Positions 51,618-61,139 of a stretch of DNA of 64,000 nucleotides are shown here, in pieces. The stretch is from positions 62,001-126,000 of the forward strand of contig NW_027590217.1 in assembly GCF_964213995.1 (NCBI RefSeq), in the 5' to 3' direction. Every line of letters starts with the position of its first letter. Position 1 is the first letter of the stretch. This stretch comes from Mustelus asterias. Its lineage: Eukaryota. The notes below the pieces were generated by a model. That model was given only the letters and a program-made list of their open reading frames with translations. It did no database searches and was not told the origin of the DNA. The translations under genes and the position numbers were made by a program.

Positions 51618-54600
51618 AATTCCCTGTCCATTAGTGTCCATGTCCCAGAATAAGGTCAGATTCCCTGTCCTTTAGTATCCATGTCCCAGAATTAAGTTAG
51701 ATTCCCTGACTTTCAGCATGAAGCTCCCAGCGAAAGGTCAGATTCCCTGTCCTTTAGTGTCCATGTCCCAGAATAAGCTCAGATTCCCTGTCCTTTCGTA
51801 TCCATGTCCCACAATAAAGTCAGATTCCCATCCTCTCTGGGGCAGCATGGTGGAACAGTGGTTAGAACTGCTGCCTCACAGCAAAAGGGGTCCTGGGTTC
51901 AGGTCCAGCCTCAGGTAACTGTCTGTGTGGAGTTTGCACGTTCTCCCCGTGTCTGCCTGGATTTCCTCCGGGTGCTCCGGTTTGCTCCTACAGTCCAAAG
52001 ATGTGCGGGTTAGATTGATTGGCTGTGCTAAATTGCCCCTTTGTGTCAAGCGGATTAGCAGTGTAAATCCGTAGGTATATGAGATAGGCTTGGGTGGGAT
52101 TGGTGTCGGTGCCGGCTGGATGGGCTGAATGGCCTCCTTCTGCACTGTCGGGATGCTATGACTGTTTAGTGTCCATTTCCCTGACTAAGGTCAGATTCCT
52201 TGTCCTTTATTGTCCATGTCCCGGATAAGCTCAGATTCCCTATCCTTTCATGTCTTTCAGTGTAGAACTCCCGGTGTAAGGTAAGATTCCCTGTCCTTTA
52301 GTGTCCATGTCCCAGAATAAAGTCAGGTTACCGTCTGCTCCAGGGCAGCATGGTGGCACAGTGGCTAGCAGGTATCCGGGTTCAGTTCTGGCCTCAGGTA
52401 ACTGTCTGTGTGGAGTTTGAATGTTCTCCCGTGTCTGCCTGGATTTCCACCGGGTGCTCCGGTTTGCTCCTACAGTCCAAAGAAGTACAGGTTAGGTTGA
52501 TTGGCTGTGCTAAATTGCCCCTTAGTGTCAGGGGGATTAGCAGTGTAAATACGTGGGAATATGAGATAGGGCTTGGGTGGGATTGTTGTTGCAGCAAGTT
52601 TGATGGCATGAATGGTCTCCAACTGCCCTGTCGGGATGCTATGAATGTTTAGTGTCCATTTTCCTGATTAAGGTCAGATTCCCAGTCCTTTACTGTCCAT
52701 GTCCCAGAAAAAGGACAGATTCTCTGTCCTTTTGTGTCCATGTCCCAGAATAAGGTCAGATTCTCTGTCCTTTAGTGTCCATGTCCCAGATTAAGGCCAG
52801 ATTCCCTGTCCATTAGGGTCCATGTCCCAGATTAAGGCCAGATTCCCTGTCCATTAGGGTCAACGTCCCAGAATAAAGTCAGATTCCCTGTCCTTTAGTG
52901 TCCATCTCTGAGAATAACATCAGATTTTCTGCCCTTTAGTGTCCAAATCCAGGAATAAGTTCGGATTTCCTGTTCGTTGTTTTCCAAATTCCAGGATAAA
53001 GTTAGATTTCCTGTCCTTTCATGACCATGTCCCAGAATAAGATCAGATTCCCAGTCCTTTAGTGTCCAAGTCCCAGAATAACATCAGATGCCCTGTCCTT
53101 AAGTGTCCCTCTGCCAGAATAAGGTCAGATTTCCTGTTCTTTCATATCCAAGTCCCAGATTAAGGCCAGATTCCCTGTCCATTAGTGTCCATATCCCAGA
53201 ATAAGGTCAGATTCCCTGTCCATTAGTGTCCATGTCCCAGAATGAGGTCGGATTCCCTGTCCTTAAGTGTCCCTCTACCAGAATAAAGTCAGATTCCCTG
53301 CGCTTTAGTGTCCATGTCCCAGAATAAGGAAAGATCCTGTGTCCTTGAGTGTCCATCTCCTACAACAACATCAGATTTTCTGCCTTTTAGTGTCCAAATC
53401 CAGGAATGAGTCAGATTTCCTGTCCTTTCATGTTTATGTCCCAGAATAAGCTCAGATTCCTTATCCTTTTGTGTCGGTCAGTGTAGAACTCCCAGCGAAA
53501 GGTCAGATTCCCTGTCCTTCAATGTTCACGTCCCAGAATAAGGTGGGTTTTCCAGTATTTTGGTCCATATCCCAGAATAAGGTCAGATTCCCTGTCCTTT
53601 AGTGTCCATATCCCAGAATAAGGTCAGATTCCCTGTCCATTAGTGTCCATATCCCAGAATAAGGTCAGAATTCCCTGTCCTTTAGTGTCCAGGTCCCAGA
53701 ATAAGGTCAGATTCCCTGTCCATTAGTGTCCATATCCCAGAATAAGGTCAGATTCCCTGTCCTTTAGTGACCATGTCCCAGAATAAGGTCAGATTCCCTG
53801 TCCTTTAGTGTCCATGTCCCAGAATAAGGTCAGATTCCCTGTCCTTTAGTGTCCAAGTCCCAGAATAACATCAGATGCCCTGTCCTTAAGTGTCCCTCTG
53901 CCAGAATAAGGTCAGATTTCCTGTTCTTTCATATCCAAGTCCCAGATTAAGGCCAGATTCCCTGTCCATTAGGGTCCATATCCCAGAATAAGGCCAGATT
54001 CCCTGTCCATTAGGGTCCATATCCCAGAATAAGGCCAGATTCCTTGTCCATTAGTGTCCAAGTCCCAGAATAAGGTCAGATTCCCTGTCCTTTAGTGTCC
54101 ATTTCCCAGACTAAGGAAAGATCCTGTGTCCTTGAGTGTCCATCTCCTACAACAACATCAGATTTTCTGCCTTTTAGTGTCCAAAACCAGGAATAAGTCA
54201 GATTTCCTGTCCTTTCTTGTCCTTGTCACAGAATAAGGTCAGATTCCCAGTCCTTTAGTGTCCATGTCCCACAATAAAGTCAGATTCCCATCCTCTCTGG
54301 GGCAGCATGATGGCACAGTGGTTAGAACTGCTGCCTCACAGCAAAAGGGGTCCTGGGTTCAGGTCCGACCTCAGGTAACTGTGGAGTTTGCACCTTCTCC
54401 CCGTGTCTGCCTGGATTTCCTCCGGGTGCTCCGGTTTGCTCCTACAGTCCAAAGATGTGTGGGTTAGGTTGATTGGCTGTGCTAAATTGCCCCTTACTGT
54501 CAAGCGGATAAGCAGTGTAAATCCGTGGGTATACGAGATAGGCTTGGGTGGGATTGGTGTCGGTGCAGGCTGGATGGGCTGAATGGCCTCCTTCTACACT

Positions 54601-55680
54601 GTCGGGATGCTATGGCTGTTTAGTGTCCATTTCCCTGACTGAGGTTAGAGTCCTGATCTTTTAATGTCCATGTCCCAGAATAAGGTCAAATTCCCAGTCC
54701 TTTCGTTTCCATGTCCCAGAATAAGGTGGGTTTTCCAGTATTTTGGTCCATGTCCCAGAATGAGGTCAGAATTCCTGTCCTTTAGTGTCCATGTCCCTGA
54801 TTAAGGCAGGATTCCCTGTCCATTAGGGTCCACGTCCCAGAATAAGGTCGGATTCCCTGTCCCTTAGTGTCCATCTCCTAGAATACCATCAAATTTTCTG
54901 CCTTTTTGTGTCCAAATCCAGGAATAAAGTCAGATTTCCTGTTCGTTAGTGTCCAAATTCCAGGATAAAGTTAGATTTCCTGTCTTTTCATGACCATGTC
55001 CCAGAATAAGGTCAGATTCCCTGTCCTGTAGTGTCCATGTGCCAAAAAAGGTCAGATTTCCTGTTAATTATTGTCCATCGCCCATACTGAGGTCAGATTC
55101 CCTGTCGCTTAGTTTCCACGTCCCAGAACAAGGTCAGATTCCCTGTCCTTCAGTGTCCATATCCCAGAACAAGGTCAGATCCCCTGTCCTTCAGTGTCCA
55201 TATCCCAGAATACGGTCAGATTCCCTGTCCAGTTTAAAGTTTTATCATTAGTGTCACAAGTAAGGCTTACATTAACACTGCAATGAAGTTATTGTGAAAA
55301 TCCCCTCGTCGCCACACTCTGGCACCTGTTCGGGTTACACTGTCGGAGAATTTATCATGGCCAATGCCCCCGAACCAACACGTCTTTCGGACTGTGGGAG
55401 GAAACCGGAACACCCGGAGGAAACCCACGCAGACACGGGGAGAACGTGCAGACTCCGCACAGACAGTGACCCGAGCCAGGAATTGAACCCGGGTCCCTGG
55501 TGCTGTGAGGCAGCAGTGCTAACCACTGTGCCACCGTGCCGCCCAGTAGTGTCCATCTCCCAGAATGTGGTCAGACTCCCTGTCCTTTACTGTCCATATC
55601 CTTGAGTAACGGCAGGTTTCCTGTCCTTTAATGTCGAGCTCACCCACAAAACGTCAGTTTCCTGTTCTTTAGTGTCCATC

Positions 55681-56350
55681 GCTGAATCCCCCACTGTTAA
55701 CATCCTGGGGAGTTATCATTGACCAGAAGGTGAACTGGACGCAGCCATATAAATACTGTAGCTACAAGAGCAGATCAAACACTAGGAATCCTGCAGAGAG
55801 TAACTCACCTCCTGACCCCCACAAAGTGTGTCCACCATCTACAAGACACAAGTCAGAAGGGTGATGGTGGTATACTCTCCACATGTCTGGATGAGTGCAG
55901 CTCCAACAACACTCAAGAAGCTCGACACCATCCACGACAAAGCAGCCCATTTGAATCCACCAACATTCACTCCACCATCACCAACGCACAGTGGCAGCCG
56001 TGTGTACCATCTACAAGATGCACTGCGGACATTCACAAAGGCTCCTTAGGCAGCACCTTCCAAACCTCTGACTCCTACCATCTAGAAGGACCAGGGCAGC
56101 AGATACGTGGGAACACCACCACATGCAAGTTCCCCTCTAAGTCACTCACCATCCTGACTTGGAAGCATATCGGCCATTCCTTCACTGTCGCTGGGTCCAA
56201 ATCTTGGCAGTTCCTCCCTAACAGCACAATGGATGTACCTACACCTCAGGGATTGCAGCGGATTCAAGAAGGCAGCTCACCACCACCTTCTCAAGGGCAG
56301 CTAGGGATGTCCCAGCCAGTAACACCCATATCCTGTAAATGAAGAGAAAA
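55681..56350 (+). mobile_element. 3' fragment of a distinct non-LTR retrotransposon (CR1/L2/jockey group)
   Basis: STIYKTQVR..YSPHVWMSAAPTTLKKLDTIHDKAA resembles a post-RT region. Clade assignment is uncertain. Confidence 0.7.
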
Positions 56351-56520
56351 AGTGAAGGGCAGATTCCCTGTCCTTTATGTCCCCGTCTCTGAGGAACAGG
56401 ACAGCTTATCTGATCTGTTGGTTGTGTGTAATCTTGATAAACACAAGACAACAGCTCTGAACCAGAAGAATAGAATTATCCACACTCATTCTGAGCACAA
56501 CCATAAACCTATTCTGCAGG

Positions 56521-58200
56521 TTTCATCTCCCAGAATAAGGACTGATCCCTCTGTCCTTCAGTGTCCATCTCCCAGAATAAGGACAGACCCCCCCTGTCCT
56601 TTACGGTCCATCTCCCAGAATAAGGACTGATCCCCCTGTCTTTTAGGGTCCATCTCCCAGAATAAGGACTGATTCCCCCTGTCCTTTAGGGTCCATCTCC
56701 CAGAATAAGGGCAGACCCCCCTGTCCTTTAGGACCCATCTCCCAGAATAAGGACTGATCCCCCGTCCTTTAGGGTCCATCTCCCAGAATAAGGACTGATC
56801 CCCCGTCCTTTAGGGTCCATCTCCCAGAATAAGGACTGATTCCCCCTGTCCTTTAGGGTCCATCTCCCAGAATAAGGGCAGACCCCCCTGTCCTTTAGGA
56901 CCCATCTCCCAGAATAAGGACTGATCCCCCGTCCTTTAGGACCCATCTCCCAGAATAAGGACTGATTCCCCCTGTCCTTTAGGGTCCATCTCCCAGAATA
57001 AGGACTGATCCCCCGTCCTTTACGGTCCATCTCCCAGAATAAGGACTGATCCCTCTGTCCTTCAGTGTCCATCTCCCAGAATAAGGACAGACCCCCCTGT
57101 CCTTTACGGTCCATCTCCCAGAATAAGGACTGATCCCCCTGTCCTTTAGGGTCCATCTCCCAGAATAAGGACAGACCCCCCCTGTCCTTTACGGTCCATC
57201 TCCCAGGATAAGGACTGATCCCCCTGTCCTTTAGGACCCATCTCCCAGAATAAGGACTGATCCCCCGTCCTTTAGGACCCATCTCCCAGAATAAGGACTG
57301 ATTCCCCCTGTCCTTTAGGGTCCATCTCCCAGAATAAGGACTGATCCCCCGTCCTTTAGGGTCCATCTCCCAGAATAAGGACTGATCCCTCTGTCCTTCA
57401 GTGTCCATCTCCCAGAATAAGGACAGACCCCCCTGTCCTTTACGGTCCATCTCCCAGAATAAGGACTGATCCCCCTGTCCTTTAGGGTCCATCTCCCAGA
57501 ATAAGGACAGACCCCCCCTGTCCTTTACGGTCCATCTCCCAGGATAAGGACTGATCCCCCTGTCCTTTAGGGTCCATCTCCCAGAATAAGGACTGATTCC
57601 CCCTGTCCTTTAGGGTCCATCTCCCAGAATAAGGGCAGACCCCCCTGTCCTTTAGGACCCATCTCCCAGAATAAGGACTGATCCCCCTGTCCTTTACGGT
57701 CCATCTCCCAGAATAAGGACAGACCCCCTGGGTAGAAATGTCAATTACGAGAGGACATAGGTTTAAAGTAAAAGGGGCAAAGTTTAAAGGAGATGTGAGA
57801 GGTACGTTTTGTACACAGAGGGTGGTAAGTGCCTGGAATGCGCTGCCAGAGGAGGCGGTAGAAGCAGATACAATAGCAATGTTTAAGAGGCAGATTGACA
57901 GATACATGAATAGGCAGGGAATAGAGGGATACGGACCGTGTGGAGGCAAAAGGTGTTTAGTTGAGAAAGGTGTCGTGTGTCGGCGCAGGTTTGGTGGGCC
58001 GAAAGGCCTGTTCCTGTGCTGTACTGTTCTTTGTTCTTTCGGATCCATCTCTCAGAATAAGGACAGACCCCCTTGTCCTTTTGTGTCCATGTCCCAGGAT
58101 AAGGATAGACCCTTTGTCCTTTTGTGCCCATCTCTCAGAATAAGGAACCCCCACCTATCCCTTAGGGTCCATCTCCCAGAATAAGGACAGACCCCCCCCC
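56521..58200. repeat. Homogeneous 41-43 bp satellite variant (CATCTCCCAGAATAAGGACTGATCCCCCTGTCCTTTAGGGTC), with a CR1 3' end at about 57730-58040
   Basis: Direct repetition. Shares CCCAGAATAAGG and CTGTCCTTTAG with the 41-bp array. Confidence 0.94.
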
Positions 58201-58310
58201 CCACAATCCTTTACCGTTCACTTCCCGATGGACAGACAGTCTCGCTGTCTTTTTGGGTACACTGTCTGTACGGCACATCCAAGGTTCTTACTCTGCTGTC
58301 TGTATTGCAG

Positions 58311-58322
58311 GTTCAGCAGTGA
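58311..58322 (+). CDS. IgW: Probable TM2 exon coding part (VQQ*), with 3' UTR to about 58740
   Basis: Acceptor TGTCTGTATTGCAG, phase 0. Gives cytoplasmic tail K-VQQ (compare KVK of IgM). Followed by unique sequence and two AATAAA. Confidence 0.72.
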   Translation, partial: VQQ

Positions 58323-58714
58323 CCAGCAGATACTCGCAGCTCACATTCAGACTCATCCAAGATGTGAATTGCTCAGAAATGTCCCTGTGATGTTTGGGAA
58401 CGGAACTTTCCATTGTCCACTGGAAAATACTCAGCTACTGCACTGCCACAGCTCATTCCGGGAGATAAAACTTCAAATGGACTGGGGAACGATTGGGAAG
58501 GGAGATTGGGGTGGGAGAGGGAAGGAGAGAAGGGGAGGGGGGAGAGGGAGTGGGGAAGGGGGAGGCGGGAGGGAGTGAGTATGGGAAGGAGGGAAGGGTT
58601 GGTTCTCTGTGTCTTGTAGAAAATATTGTAAAAACCAATGTTGTTCAGATTATTGCCTGCAGCTTTTTAAAATGTGTTTGCACTGATGTAAAAGTTTTGG
58701 TTTGAAGCTAAATC

Positions 58715-58737
58715 AATAAAAAAACAAATGAAATAAA
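58715..58737 (+). terminator. Poly(A) signals of the membrane mRNA
   Basis: AATAAA at 58715-58720 and 58732-58737. Confidence 0.65.
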
Positions 58738-59539
58738 TGGTGATGTGAAGCGATGGATGGAACTGAGAAAGACTGAGTGTAGTTATTGGGTGAATCTACC
58801 CATGGAGCAGACATTGAGGAAATTCCCAGCCCCATGCACAGTATCAATGAATCTCCTGAAGCACAGGGTTTACCCCCAAGTCGAGTCAGAAGGAAAATAC
58901 ACCAAGGACAAGAGATTGAGAGAGAATCTGAGCCACAAAAGTTGTGGGAATGTCACAGCTTCATAACCCACAGGAATGTTACAAAGCAACTAACCAACAG
59001 AAAGCAGAGTGGGGATAGATGGCTCTTTCTCCTGTTGACAAGATGTAACTGGTAGGGTGCCACAAGGTTCGGTCCTCGGGCACCAACTATTTACATTCTA
59101 TATGAATGACTTGGACGCAGGGATAGAAGATACTGTAGGCACATTTATGGATGACACTAAAATAGGTGGGATAATTAGTTGCAATGAGGAAGTAAGGAAT
59201 TTACAAATGGATATGGATGGGTGAGGTCAATGGGCCAAAATCTGGCAGATGGAGTTTAACGTGGACAGGTTATGTGCATGTGTAGGTTATGTGCATGTGT
59301 AGGTTATGTGCATGTGTCAGTTATGATCGGTGTGAGGTTATCCATTTTGGTTGGAATATTAGAAAGGCAACGAATTATCCAAATGGAGAGAAACTTCAGA
59401 GCGTTTCGGTGCAGAGGGATCTGGGTGTCTTTGTACATGAATCACAGGAAACTAGTATGTAGGTGCAGGAGGTCATAAGGAGGGCAAATGGCATGTTGGC
59501 ATTTATTGCTAAAGGAATAGAAAATAAAAATAGGGAAAT

Positions 59540-59800
59540 CTGCATAGCCTGTTCGATGCCGGATTCTCCCAGCTCCCGTGACCTTCGGGTGTGGCGCAGG
59601 ACAGGTGAGAATCACTACCTGTCTCCACTAGCGTGGAGAGGATCTCCAAGAAGATCGCGCATATCGACACAGACATCAAGTTTCTGCAAACATGCAAGAA
59701 AGCAGACAAGATACCGAAAGGACTACGGATCACGAACCCACTCAGGTCAACCTATAACACAGACTACGCTGAGAGACTTTGCCATCGCACACGGCATCTC
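59540..59800 (+). mobile_element. Penelope-like element 5' fragment
   Basis: KKIAHIDTDIKFLQTCKKADKIPKGLRITNPLRSTYNTDYAERLC resembles the N-terminus of vertebrate Penelope ORFs. Recalled, not searched. Confidence 0.6.
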
Positions 59801-59828
59801 CACATCATGTCCACTAGCGGAGACCAGA

Positions 59829-60567
59829 GGTGCGATTTTCCGCGGCCCACTGCGCTGTTCGAGTGGCACAGTGAGCCGAGAAATGTCAGCGGGATGAGGA
59901 AAAAACGGGAATGGCGACCAGCTGTTCCATTATTTTGGACGTAATCAGCCGTGCCCCCCCTCCCCACCCCGGGGAAGAGCGCGAGGCTGCTTACAATATG
60001 GAAATGAGCATTTCCATCTATTTCGCGAGTCCGGGACGCAATTGTCCGGACTCGCTAATATTTCTGACCCTGTCGCTGGAGGCCCACACCAGCGGGCATC
60101 ACATATGGTCCCCAGCAATGGGCCTCGCTGGTGGGACCACAGGCCATTGAGGTCTCCCAGGAGGTCGGGGATGGGGGCAAGGGTGTCCCTTGGGCAGTGC
60201 CAGCCTGGCACACTTGGCAGTGCCCACCGCGCACTCTGCAGTGTTAACGGGGTGGGGCCTGAGGGAGGGAAGAGCCAGAATGGGGGCGGGGTGGAGGGGG
60301 GGGTAGGAGGGGAGGGAATTGTGGGGGGGAACTCTGCATGGGGCGTGGGGCCTGGTGGTGGGGTCGGGGATCGGAGGCTGGCCATTGGGAGGGTTGGGGA
60401 TTGGGGGGAACCTCTGGGCAGGTGATGTTGCAGGTGGGGGGCAGTTGGGGCTGGCATTCGGGAGGGGGCTGGGGCGTCTCACCAGTGATGTCAGGGGCTG
60501 GGGGGGAGGAGCTTATCGACCGATCTCCCAGTATACTGTTGGGCACTTAGTTTGGGAAAATTGCGCC
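59829..60567. mobile_element. Possible GC-rich non-autonomous element with terminal inverted repeats
   Basis: GGTGCGATTTTCC ... GGAAAATTGCGCC, an 11/13 inverted match. Confidence 0.4.
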
Positions 60568-61139
60568 CCTAGCGTGATGGCCATGCCAGGGGAGCTCGGA
60601 GGCCACTGAAGCCTCCAGCTGGTCAGGGACAGGGCGAGGTAGTGCCCACTGAGCAGTGCCCACATGGCACACTGGCAATGAACACTGGGCTCCATGGCAG
60701 TGCCCATCAAGCTCCATGGCAGTGCCCACCTGGCACCCTGGCAGTGCCAGGTGGGAACTGCTAGTGCACCAATGATAGTGCCATGGAGCTGGGCCCTGAG
60801 TGGGGGCTCTGATGGGGGGGGAGCCCTGCAGGGGGGTTCATGCAGGGGGTGGTCCGCAGGGAGTGGTCATGCAGAGTGGAGCACGAAGAGAGGCGTGTCA
60901 GAGCTCATGAATGGGGGGGGGGGAATGCCGGGGGTTATGATGGGGGAGGGTCCCGATGCCATCGATTCATGTCGGGAAGGGGGAAACATGCCGTCAATTG
61001 GAGGGAGGTCGATGACTATGGCGGGAGGGAGGGTGGGGGGGGGGGGAGATGTCCGAGGGCAGGGAGGGGTGTGGCTCCCAGTGTGCTGTGAGATCGGGGC
61101 ACTCTTCCAAATTGGTGCCTGAGTGCTTTGTAGCTGGGC

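Larger units (their letters stand above)
47880..55680. repeat. Tandem satellite, 41-bp unit (CCCAGAATAAGGTCAGATTCCCTGTCCTTTAGTGTCCATGT), interrupted by LINEs and SINEs
   Basis: Direct repetition throughout the TM1-TM2 intron. Confidence 0.93.

Noticed and set aside
59867-59905. CACAGTG with an A-rich run about 23 bp downstream (possible orphan RSS)
   Set aside because: The nonamer is poor, no V, D or J coding sequence is adjacent, and it lies in a probable repeat.
59945-61122. Pro- and Gly-rich ORFs
   Set aside because: They come from G-rich low-complexity sequence and have no splice or domain support.
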